NCBI GenBank assembly: GCA_029856045.1
Contig: JAHQWG010000016.1
Coordinates: 64,001 to 128,000, forward strand
Length of the DNA: 64,000 nt
Source: Promethearchaeia archaeon
Lineage (GTDB): Archaea > Asgardarchaeota > Lokiarchaeia > Sigyniarchaeales > SOKP01
Direction: 5' to 3'
The notes under the pieces: model-generated
The model's database searches: none
Seen by the model: the letters and a program-made list of their open reading frames with translations, nothing else
What the model was told of the DNA's origin: nothing
Part shown: positions 40,618 to 49,850 of the stretch, piece by piece
Numbering within the stretch: the first letter of the stretch is position 1
How the letters are laid out: every line of letters starts with the position of its first letter
Program-made: the position numbers and the translations under genes

Positions 40618-41217
40618 ATTAATAAAGTTTGTATTATTTCTGGAACACCCGGGACGGGGAAAACTTTTTTGACAAAAATAATTAGTCAAAAAATTAACAC
40701 ATTTTGTGTTTTTTTAAATGAATTAATTATTAATGAAAAACACACATTGAATTATGATAATGCAAGAGAAACATGGGTAGTAAATGAAAAAACATTGATT
40801 CCGCGATTAAAAGAAATCATAAAACGAGAGAAAAGAAGTAAAAATTATGAATTAATTATCATTGAAGGTCATTTATCCGATTTAGTTCCTAATAAATTAA
40901 TTGATTATGGAATTGTTCTTAGATGCCATCCAGACGTATTAAAGAGGAGATTGGAAAAAAGAAATTATAAAGAGGGAAAAATAAAGGAAAATGTACAAGC
41001 TGAAATTTTAGGAGATTGTGTTTCCTTCCTCTTAGAGAAAAAGAGAATAAAATCAATTTTGGAAATTGATACAACAAATGAAAATTTTGAAGAAATTGCT
41101 AAAAATGTGGTTTCAATAATTAGAAATGATAAAAGTTTTAAAAAATATGCATTAGGAAAGATAGACTGGCTAGAAGAGTTATTTTCAAATAATCGCCTAG
41201 GTGAATTTTTTGAATAA
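40618..41217 (+). CDS. Adenylate kinase 6 / Fap7-type nucleoside monophosphate kinase
   Basis: ISGTPGTGKT, IIEGH, LRCHP..L..RLEKRNY...KIKEN...E, IDTT. Start probably near ATT at 40618 after GAGGTGA (track start 40537). Confidence 0.85.
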   Translation: MNKVCIISGTPGTGKTFLTKIISQKINTFCVFLNELIINEKHTLNYDNARETWVVNEKTLIPRLKEIIKREKRSKNYELIIIEGHLSDLVPNKLIDYGIVLRCHPDVLKRRLEKRNYKEGKIKENVQAEILGDCVSFLLEKKRIKSILEIDTTNENFEEIAKNVVSIIRNDKSFKKYALGKIDWLEELFSNNRLGEFFE

Positions 41218-41271
41218 AAATAATATTTGTAGAGTCTATATTTATATGAAAAGAAGAAAAATTCTAGAACA

Positions 41272-42912
41272 ATGAATTTTGAAATTATCGAGACGGACGG
41301 ACTCGGAAGAATCGGAAAAATTGAAGTGAACGGTAAAAAATTAATAACTCCCAATTTATTTGCTGTAGTTAAACCTTCAGGGAATTTAATTACCCCGTAT
41401 GAGCTTAAAAGATTAGGGGTTGATTGTATATTTACAAATGCATATATATTATATCAAAATGAAATTTTAAAAGAGAGAGCATTAAGGAATGGCATTCATA
41501 AATTATTAGAGTATGATGGCATTATTGCAACAGATTCCGGAGCTTTTCAGCAATATATGTATAATGACAAAATAGATATTAATCCAGAGGAAATTGAGCT
41601 TTTCCAAGAGGATATTGGTTCAGATTTTCCTGTGATTTTAGATATCCCAGTGCAACCCAATGATTCTTACGAAGTTGCAAAAAGTAAAGTATTAAAAACC
41701 ATTGAAAGGGCAAAAGAAAACATAAAAAGAAGGAAGCAAACTAAATCTGAATGGATGGGACCAATTCATGGAGCAAAATATAAAGATTTGCTCCAAATGA
41801 GTGCTAAAGAAATGAGTAAATTAGATTTTAGTATAAATGCTATAGGAGGGTTGGTTAAATTATTTGTAAATTATCGTTTTGATTTAGCAGTTGATATTTT
41901 ATTAACTGTTAAGAAAAATGTTATTCCAAATAGACCATTACATATGTTTGGTTTAGGACTCCCTCAATTTTTTTCTTTAGCTGTTGCTTGTGGGTGTGAT
42001 TTTATGGATTCAGCAGCTTTTATGTTATATGCTAAAGACGAGCGATATTTTACCTTATCCACCGGGACTAAGAAATTAGATCAATTAAAAGAATTTCCTT
42101 GTACATGTCCAGTTTGTTTTAATTTTAGTCCCAAAGAACTGATGACGTTCAATAAAAAATTAAGAACAGAATTATTAGCAAAACACAATTTACATGTTTC
42201 TTATTCAGAATTAAAGACAATTAGACAAGCTATTAGGGAGGGGAAATTGTGGGAATTAGTAGAAATAAGAACTCGTTCCCATCCAAATTTAATTAGAGGT
42301 TTAAATGTATTAAAAAAATATTCTGGTTTTATTGAAAAATATGAAAAAAGATATAAAAAAGGAGGTTTATTTTACATTTCTTCAGAAACACTTAATCGTC
42401 CAATAATTACGCGGCAATTAAAGTATTTAAAAAACACCTATATTGTTCCTGAATCAGTTAAATATGTTCTAATATTACCAGAATTAGATGTTAATAGAGA
42501 GAGTTCTCCAATCATAAAAAAATGGCTAAATTTTATAGAGAATTTTAAGGAGATAAATAGAAAATTGATCCATGTGATTTTTATGACAACCCTCTTTGGA
42601 ATAGTACCTTTAGAATTAAGTGATTCTTATCCATTTGGTCAGAATGAAACAATTACATTTCCAGATCAATTTAATGAGCTATATAAAAAATCTATAAGGA
42701 ATTCGGTAGATTTTTTCGAAAATTATGCCAAATTATATCAAAAATGCGGAATTTTAGTTCCAAAAACCTATTATAATCAATTTAATGAAAAAAAAGAATT
42801 TATTTCCCATCCAATAAAAGACTTAAAGGCTTATTTAGAGAAAAACTTTCAAAACACTCTGATTGAAAGCGATTCATTAGAAGAAATTTTAAATTTTTTT
42901 ATTGAAAATTAA
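41272..42912 (+). CDS. tgtA: Archaeosine tRNA-guanine(15) transglycosylase
   Basis: DGLGRIG, TNAY, TDSGAFQ, LDIP, HMFG, DSAA, CTCPVC...HNL, LWELVE.R...HP. Confidence 0.93.
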   Translation: MNFEIIETDGLGRIGKIEVNGKKLITPNLFAVVKPSGNLITPYELKRLGVDCIFTNAYILYQNEILKERALRNGIHKLLEYDGIIATDSGAFQQYMYNDKIDINPEEIELFQEDIGSDFPVILDIPVQPNDSYEVAKSKVLKTIERAKENIKRRKQTKSEWMGPIHGAKYKDLLQMSAKEMSKLDFSINAIGGLVKLFVNYRFDLAVDILLTVKKNVIPNRPLHMFGLGLPQFFSLAVACGCDFMDSAAFMLYAKDERYFTLSTGTKKLDQLKEFPCTCPVCFNFSPKELMTFNKKLRTELLAKHNLHVSYSELKTIRQAIREGKLWELVEIRTRSHPNLIRGLNVLKKYSGFIEKYEKRYKKGGLFYISSETLNRPIITRQLKYLKNTYIVPESVKYVLILPELDVNRESSPIIKKWLNFIENFKEINRKLIHVIFMTTLFGIVPLELSDSYPFGQNETITFPDQFNELYKKSIRNSVDFFENYAKLYQKCGILVPKTYYNQFNEKKEFISHPIKDLKAYLEKNFQNTLIESDSLEEILNFFIEN

Positions 42913-42937
42913 TTTTTAATAAAATTTGTGAATAAAG

Positions 42938-43363
42938 ATGGATTCTTTGGAAGTTCTTAAAGCGTTCGGTCATGCAAACATTCTAGGAACACATAAAACT
43001 ACTATTGAGATTACAAAAGAGAAAGATTTAACTTTAAAAGGAGATTGTATAATAGGAATTAAAGCAGATAAAGCATGTTCTGATTTAAATATAAAACTAA
43101 AACAAGAAATTAGGAGAGAAAATAAATTTAAAGTGGTTATAAAATTAAATAATATAAGTGAAACTTTTTATGGATGGGGTCATAAAGGTTTAAAATTAAG
43201 GAGTTCTAGAGATATCGTTTTTAGAAAGAGTAATTTTATTTGTAACCGAACAATTTTAATTAATTGCACCAAATCAAGTCAAGATTTAAATCGCACATTG
43301 ATTGAAAAATTAAAGAATGAAAATCAACTAATTGAATTGACTATTGGATTATCAGATGAATGA
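42938..43363 (+). CDS. DUF371 family protein
   Basis: GHANILGTHKTTIEIT, GDCIIGI, VFRKS. Confidence 0.85.
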   Translation: MDSLEVLKAFGHANILGTHKTTIEITKEKDLTLKGDCIIGIKADKACSDLNIKLKQEIRRENKFKVVIKLNNISETFYGWGHKGLKLRSSRDIVFRKSNFICNRTILINCTKSSQDLNRTLIEKLKNENQLIELTIGLSDE

Positions 43364-44489
43364 AGAAAATATTCATTATTTAAAGATTGATAGAGAAAAA
43401 TCAAACTCTATTAAAAAATTATTCTCAAAAAAAAAAATTATCGAAAAGAAATATCGCATTTTAAGAAGCCAAGATTATGTTTTATTTCCTTTAAAAGAGG
43501 AGATTTTCACTCAAGAAAAAATTATAAAAATAATTGAACAAAAACCATTTATGGAGATAATTGTTAGCAAACCAATAATTAATGAGAATTACGATTATAA
43601 AGATATAATCGGAGAATTAAAAAATAAATTAGATAATAACTATTTATATTTAATTCCAAGATCTTTTGATATAATTGGGTCAAAAAAATCAAAAAGATTT
43701 GCAATTATTGAATTTCCAGAAAATACGGATATCGAAAGAGAAAGATTTAACCAAATTAAAAAGACTATTGCCGTTGCGTTTCTGAATGTAAATAAAAGTA
43801 TTAATTCAGTATTTGAGAAAAAAGGTGAAAGAGAAGGAATATATAGAACTAGAAGATTAAACCTTTTAGCAGGTGAGGAGAGATCAGAAACAATACACAA
43901 GGAAAACAACTGTTTTTTTAAATTGGACATTAAAAAAGTTTTCTTTTCTCCCAGGCTAGTTCATGAAAGGCAGAGAATAACGCATTCAGGTTTAAATGAG
44001 AAAAATTTCGTTTTAGATTTATTTGCTGGGGTAGGAACGTTTTCAATTCAGATAGCAAAAAAGTGTAATTCGAAAATTTTTGCGATAGATATTAATCCTG
44101 ATGCAATTAAATACCTGAAGGAAAACACTAAAATTAATAAAGTTGAAGGAAATATAACTTGTTTTCTGATGGATGCTAAAGATCTGCTGAATAAAAATAA
44201 TGATTTAGGAAAAAAGCTCAAAGATAAAGTGGATAGAATAATTATGAATTTACCAAAAAATTCAATAGACTATTTAGAAGTAGCATGTAATATGATAAAA
44301 AAGAAAGAAGGGATTATTCATTTTTATAGTATTTCTGGAGAACCTTATCCTTTAGAAAATGTTAACAAGAAATTTAAATCAAAATTAGAAGAATTGAATT
44401 TTAATATTGAGAAAGTCTTAACAACAAAAATCGTTAAAACATATAGTCCTTATAAATATCTAACTGTGATGGATGTAAAGATTAGATAA
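43356..44489 (+). CDS. trm5: Trm5/Taw22-family tRNA methyltransferase
   Basis: SFDIIG, HKEN, FFSPRL..ER, DLFAGVG, DINP, RIIMNLP. Confidence 0.85.
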   Translation: MNEENIHYLKIDREKSNSIKKLFSKKKIIEKKYRILRSQDYVLFPLKEEIFTQEKIIKIIEQKPFMEIIVSKPIINENYDYKDIIGELKNKLDNNYLYLIPRSFDIIGSKKSKRFAIIEFPENTDIERERFNQIKKTIAVAFLNVNKSINSVFEKKGEREGIYRTRRLNLLAGEERSETIHKENNCFFKLDIKKVFFSPRLVHERQRITHSGLNEKNFVLDLFAGVGTFSIQIAKKCNSKIFAIDINPDAIKYLKENTKINKVEGNITCFLMDAKDLLNKNNDLGKKLKDKVDRIIMNLPKNSIDYLEVACNMIKKKEGIIHFYSISGEPYPLENVNKKFKSKLEELNFNIEKVLTTKIVKTYSPYKYLTVMDVKIR

Positions 44490-44502
44490 GTAAATATGGT
44501 AA

Positions 44503-45549
44503 TTATGATACCTTTCTACCTCTAATGAAAGGTTCCATAATTGTTGGTTTAAATATATTAATTAAATCGATTGAATCAGTAAAAATTCCAATCGTTTTTT
44601 CATCCCTTGTTATTCCGATAGTAATAGTAGCGGAATCTATATTTAAAGCAAAAATACCTTCATTAGAATAATTAATAATCTGATATCTTTTTCTTATTTC
44701 TTGAATAAATTTATTATCGGCTTGTTCATCAATTTTTCCTGCAACCCAAACATTTACATTTTCAGGCAATTCATTTAGAATTTCTAATAAACCATATCTT
44801 TCGAGATCCCTAATATTTGGTAAAACTAATCGAATATTTCGCTTAGTATTTTTTATATGGTTTTTGAAATAATTTTCCATAGCAGAAATATCTGAAATTA
44901 TTCCTGTTCCTTGAATGTCAATATCTTGTTTGAATTCTACTTTTTGAGTTTCCTCGTGATCCAACCGAATTATTTGTTGAAGTTCCGCCACTTTTTGCTT
45001 ATAATTTACCAATTCTTCAAAAATTAACGTTCTGGTTTCTTCCAACTCTTTCTGATTATTTAGATTTTTTTCAAAATCCATTTGTTTTATTAAAATTTGA
45101 CTTAAAGCCCTGTTAAATTTGGCTTTTAAATCAGCTATTTTTACCTCTCTCTCTTGCATTTTAAGTTTTAAATTAGCATTTTCTTGAAGAATTTCATTCT
45201 TTTTTTCTAAGATTTGTGCTTTTTCATTTAAAATTGTTTCTCGATCTTTTAATAAATATTCATTCTTTTGTCGATATTCTGATAATTGTTGTTCGAGTTT
45301 CATTTGCTCTCTTGATAAATTTTTAACCCGTTCTTCCATTACTTCTGTGTTTTTTACTTTAATCTCCATTAATTTCATTTCTGAATTTATTGCTTTCAAA
45401 TCGCCTTCAAATTTAACTTTTGAAATTTTAGTTTCATTTAATTCCGACTTCAATTGTGATATTTTTTCATTTAACTGGATAATAAGATCTTCTTTTTCTT
45501 TTAATTCTTTCTGGAGGTTTTCTATCTCAAGTTCATTTTCTAAACTCAT
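44503..45549 (-). CDS. Coiled-coil protein with C-terminal alpha/beta (TrmB/PLD-like) domain
   Basis: About 200 aa heptad-rich region, then NTKRNIRLVLP...IFALNID. Confidence 0.5.
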   Translation of the reverse strand: MSLENELEIENLQKELKEKEDLIIQLNEKISQLKSELNETKISKVKFEGDLKAINSEMKLMEIKVKNTEVMEERVKNLSREQMKLEQQLSEYRQKNEYLLKDRETILNEKAQILEKKNEILQENANLKLKMQEREVKIADLKAKFNRALSQILIKQMDFEKNLNNQKELEETRTLIFEELVNYKQKVAELQQIIRLDHEETQKVEFKQDIDIQGTGIISDISAMENYFKNHIKNTKRNIRLVLPNIRDLERYGLLEILNELPENVNVWVAGKIDEQADNKFIQEIRKRYQIINYSNEGIFALNIDSATITIGITRDEKTIGIFTDSIDLINIFKPTIMEPFIRGRKVS

Positions 45550-45919
45550 TTATTTCCTCACAAATAGAAGATGAATATTTTATTTATTATAAGCTTAGAG
45601 AGGTGATTATTAATACTCTTTTGAATAATAAAAAATATTTTATATTATTAATTATCTTCGAGAAATTTATCTTTTAATTTTATGAATTAAATTGAAATTG
45701 ATAAAAAACAATTTAGTATTATATATAAGCAGGTTTAATAGGATTGAATGTTCTTAAATTAACTTAATGATTTTACCTTTTATTTTTTTTTTTTATATTT
45801 TCAAACACCATAATTATTTTTGAAATGAAATCATATCAATTTTTTAATTTTAAAGAAAAATTTAACTTAAATGACCTTTTCTTTTTAAATAGATTTAGGT
45901 TTAAAATAATAAAAAAAAT

Positions 45920-46056
45920 GGACCTATAGCCTAGCCTGGATTTAATACATTATTTATACTGTCAAATGGGTAAATAGGGCATCGGACTTCTAATCCGAGG
46001 GTCGGCGGTTCAAAAAAAAGTGCATTTCGTACTTTTTGAAATTCCGCCTAGGTCCG
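45920..46056 (+). tRNA. tRNA-Arg(TCT) with two non-canonical introns (D-arm ~45942-45977; T-loop 46015-46042)
   Basis: Acceptor stem GGACCTA/TAGGTCC; anticodon arm TCGGA-CT-TCT-AA-TCCGA; the T-loop insertion forms a strict BHB whose removal restores TTCAAAT. Confidence 0.88.
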
Positions 46057-46265
46057 CTAATTTAAAATATTTAATTTATGGAAGCATCTTAATTAATGTA
46101 CTTTTAGAATTAGAGTAAGTTTCTTTTGATATTGTCGGTAATATACTCAAATAAAATCGGGTAAAATTAATAATTCATTAATATCTTAATTTTATTAAGA
46201 ACAGTTAGTTATTTCTTTTTATAAATCTAATATTAAATTGAATTAACAATTTTAAAGTTTTTTTT

Positions 46266-46982
46266 TTGATAAAAAGAAAGAATTTTCATCATAAAAATCT
46301 GGTATATTCCTTTAATTGGAATATGGAAAATCATAAAAAATTAAAACATATTTCAAATAATCCAGATATTATTAAACTTTGGAATTTTTTTGAAAGAATT
46401 GGAAAAGGAGATATACCAAATCAACTATTTAATGATTATAATCTTCCAAGAATATCACAATTCAAATTATCGGGAATTAATCCTAAATTACTTGGATCAT
46501 TTAAAACAAAATTAATAAGACAAGGAAAAATAAAACGATTAGATGAAACATCTAAATATTCTAAAATGGTTCAAAGCGTATTTAGAAATTTTAAACAGAA
46601 TGGTTTTAAAAAAAAACCCAATCATGAAGCCGTATTAAAAAATATTCTTATAAAAGATGAGGAATCTCTTGCTATAGAAATTCCAGTTTGGAAAAGAGGT
46701 CAAAATGGCTCCTTAACAGGACATATTGATTTGATTCAAGCAAATGAAAATTTAATTAAAGTTATTGACTATAAACCTGAGGGAAGGTTCCTGTGGAGCC
46801 TACCACAAGTAGCAACATATGGGAATTTAATAAAAAATCTTTTAAAAGTGAAGAAATTACGTTGTATTTCATTTAGTTTGAGGGAAGTTTGGGAATACAA
46901 TCCAGAAATATTATTAACAGACATCAAGGATTTTTTAAGTAATCATGGTTATGAAGATAGAATGTGGGAGAAATATTTTTAA
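46266..46982 (+). CDS. PD-(D/E)XK nuclease (RecB/Cas4-like motifs)
   Basis: EIPVW, GHIDL, IDYKP, QVATY. Confidence 0.8.
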   Translation: MIKRKNFHHKNLVYSFNWNMENHKKLKHISNNPDIIKLWNFFERIGKGDIPNQLFNDYNLPRISQFKLSGINPKLLGSFKTKLIRQGKIKRLDETSKYSKMVQSVFRNFKQNGFKKKPNHEAVLKNILIKDEESLAIEIPVWKRGQNGSLTGHIDLIQANENLIKVIDYKPEGRFLWSLPQVATYGNLIKNLLKVKKLRCISFSLREVWEYNPEILLTDIKDFLSNHGYEDRMWEKYF

Positions 46983-46999
46983 AAAAAAAATTAAAGTAA

Positions 47000-47281
47000 T
47001 TACATTATATTATTTGATTTTCCTTTATTGATTGGCTTTTTCTGTTCTTCTGATATTAAAAAGCCTTTTAGTAAAAAATAAAGTAGGGTAATACAAATTA
47101 ATTCAATAATTATTGAAAAAAACAAAATAATTAATCCATCAAATTCAAGAAATCTCAAAATTGTGGCAACAGCAACCCCACTAACCGCCAAAATAAAAAC
47201 TAATGAAGCCATAATAATTTCTGAAGTAGATGCAATGAGTTGTTTGAACTGATCTTTTAGCCAGATAGTGAAAGTCCCCAA
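47000..47281 (-). CDS. Small two-TM membrane protein
   Basis: Two hydrophobic helices. Confidence 0.6.
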   Translation of the reverse strand: MGTFTIWLKDQFKQLIASTSEIIMASLVFILAVSGVAVATILRFLEFDGLIILFFSIIIELICITLLYFLLKGFLISEEQKKPINKGKSNNIM

Positions 47282-47444
47282 TTTTTTTCACATATTATCA
47301 TTATAAGATATTTAATTAAGAAAAAATAATTTAAGATTTATTTTAATCCCTTAGGTTTTTTTAAAATTTCTTTAAAATTTCATTCAGAAATTTATTTTAA
47401 TAGGGGAATTAATGATTAAAAATTAAATACTTACTTTTATCAAA

Positions 47445-49850
47445 TTATTTTTTTCGATGCGTTTTGAATTTCTCATATAATGCTTTATCCAAAAATTTTC
47501 CGATTTTTTTTGATATATTACTAGCAATTCCCAAACGTTCTCCTTCAATCATTAATTTAAAATCTTCAGAAGTTGGCTCACGATTCAGTCTTGTTTGTAA
47601 AATTGGAGCTGCAATTTTGATTACTATTTCTTTTATTTCTTCATACGCCGGAATTCGGATAGGATCCCAGCGTTCTTTTATTTTCTGTAGTGCAAAATAA
47701 TAATATTGAGTGAGTAATTCAATAGGATCTCCTTTTAATTCACTATGAAGTTTAATATTTTCAGCTGCTGTTTTATTATCTTTTTCATTCCAATATAATT
47801 GATTAGGATTTATTCCTGGACTAGTAATTCTCATTAATGATGAGGTTATTTTTCTCTCTATCCAATTTAACGTACTAATTTCTTGTTTCTCTCTTATTTC
47901 TTTTTTCTTCTCTTCTTCTTTTTGTTTCTTTTCTTCATAGATTTCTTCAATTCTTAATTTTCTAAGCTGTTCATATGTTTTAAGTCTTTGAATTAAATCA
48001 TATGCAATTATATAAGAGACTGGAGAAACATATTCTTCTTTTAATGTCAATGAAGCAAAATCCTCAAAAATTGGACTAACTTCAGTTTTTAATTCATTAA
48101 TACCTTCTTTTAATGATTTATCTGTAAGTCTAGCCAAAATGAAACCGTTTACTAAGAAAGGATTGTTTTGTGCGTTAAAAATATTACTTAACTCTGTTTG
48201 TCTTCTTAACATTCTCTCAATCATTAACTCTTCAATTTTAACACTAACCCATCCTTCAGTACTTGTTGTACCGAATATTCTTTCTAATCCTTTTAAAAAT
48301 AATGATTTATCATCACTGATTTTAATATACGCTTCAAGAATTCGGCCCAAATGTCGATTAATTTCCGAAAAAATATTAAAATATACTTCTTTTGCGAGAT
48401 TTAATAGTATTTCTTTATATTCTAATATTTTTAATAATTGAGAATAATTTTGAAGATTATATTTTTTAATAATTCGATTATTAATAATTTGGTGTTTAAG
48501 ATTATATGTTTTTAACTCTTTCGGTGAGATGCCAATACCATTGCAAATTCGTGCAATTATTTTTTGATTTTTATCATCTGAGAATAGTTCCTTTAAATTC
48601 ATGTATTTTAATTCATTTACATTTTCCATGGCAGTTAATCCTTGATAATGAGGCTTTTTTAGTTCATTATAAAAAAGTTTTGCAAGAATTATTGGATTCC
48701 TTTGAGGATCTCGCAATTTATTTATATCTGATTTATCAATATTAAAATTCTTCATTGTTTCTATAACATTTTCTACAACTTCAAGTGAAATTTTATTAAG
48801 ATGGTTAAGGTTAAAAACACCATACTTATTTAGTACAAAAATGGTATCGGAAAATGAATAATTCATTAAACTTTGAAAGTAATAGACAAAATCATTAACA
48901 TTTTTACTATTTATTTGAGCAAGATCATTAAATATGAATCCAATTATTTCTTTCTCAAAATCTTCATAATTTATTTCTTGTTGAAGACCATCTTCAATTT
49001 TACTTACAAGTTCTTGTTTAGTTTGATTTGCATGTAGAAATAAATTTAACCCACGTTTTGAAATGGGAAAAGTATCAAAATTAAATTCTAAAGCTTTTCT
49101 TAAAATCATTCTAATAGACATTGTCTGCATTTGGAGATCTTTAAATGACTTGAATTCAAATTTTTTTTTTAACGTTTCTTCTAATCGAGAAATTAAGGAT
49201 AATTCAATATATTTATCTTCTTTTTCTTTTAAGGCTAGTTCCTTCTCAATCTCAATAGAAATGCTTTTTAATTCTGATCCTTCTTCAATAATTTCACCTT
49301 TAATTTGATTGGTAAACCCTAAAAGATCTCCAAGAAAATCATAGAAATGATATTCAGGATAATTTTGTATTAGTAGGACAAGAAAATCTTCCATTTCTTG
49401 TTTAATTTTTTGTTTTTCTTGTTCTTTTTGAAAATCAGCTAACTTATCATAATTTAGTAAATAGGTTATTATGTTCTTTCTAATATTTAACTTCTTATTA
49501 TTAAGTTTTATCTCATAATCAAATGAATCTTTTCCAAATGATTTTATTTCTTTAAATAAAGTATCTTTTTCCATTTTTTCAATTTTATATGTAGATTCCA
49601 CAGAGATTTGAGCTAAATTAGATGAATCCTGTATTCTTATACCTAAATTATGATATGCATGGATTGCAGCAGCAGCTATGAGTACATTATGAAGTTTATT
49701 TTTATTACCAATTAATTCAAAAATTTTCTGTTTATCTGCCTTACGTTTCAAGTGTGAAATTATTAAGTATATAGTTTGAAAAAACTTTTGAGTGCTCTCA
49801 GCTGCTGTAGTTTTTCTTTTTATTCCAGAGATGCTCAATATATCATCCAC
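47445..49850 (-). CDS. Large all-helical hypothetical protein
   Basis: 801-aa ORF overlapping the upstream gene; no recognised motif. Confidence 0.7.
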   Translation of the reverse strand: MDDILSISGIKRKTTAAESTQKFFQTIYLIISHLKRKADKQKIFELIGNKNKLHNVLIAAAAIHAYHNLGIRIQDSSNLAQISVESTYKIEKMEKDTLFKEIKSFGKDSFDYEIKLNNKKLNIRKNIITYLLNYDKLADFQKEQEKQKIKQEMEDFLVLLIQNYPEYHFYDFLGDLLGFTNQIKGEIIEEGSELKSISIEIEKELALKEKEDKYIELSLISRLEETLKKKFEFKSFKDLQMQTMSIRMILRKALEFNFDTFPISKRGLNLFLHANQTKQELVSKIEDGLQQEINYEDFEKEIIGFIFNDLAQINSKNVNDFVYYFQSLMNYSFSDTIFVLNKYGVFNLNHLNKISLEVVENVIETMKNFNIDKSDINKLRDPQRNPIILAKLFYNELKKPHYQGLTAMENVNELKYMNLKELFSDDKNQKIIARICNGIGISPKELKTYNLKHQIINNRIIKKYNLQNYSQLLKILEYKEILLNLAKEVYFNIFSEINRHLGRILEAYIKISDDKSLFLKGLERIFGTTSTEGWVSVKIEELMIERMLRRQTELSNIFNAQNNPFLVNGFILARLTDKSLKEGINELKTEVSPIFEDFASLTLKEEYVSPVSYIIAYDLIQRLKTYEQLRKLRIEEIYEEKKQKEEEKKKEIREKQEISTLNWIERKITSSLMRITSPGINPNQLYWNEKDNKTAAENIKLHSELKGDPIELLTQYYYFALQKIKERWDPIRIPAYEEIKEIVIKIAAPILQTRLNREPTSEDFKLMIEGERLGIASNISKKIGKFLDKALYEKFKTHRKK

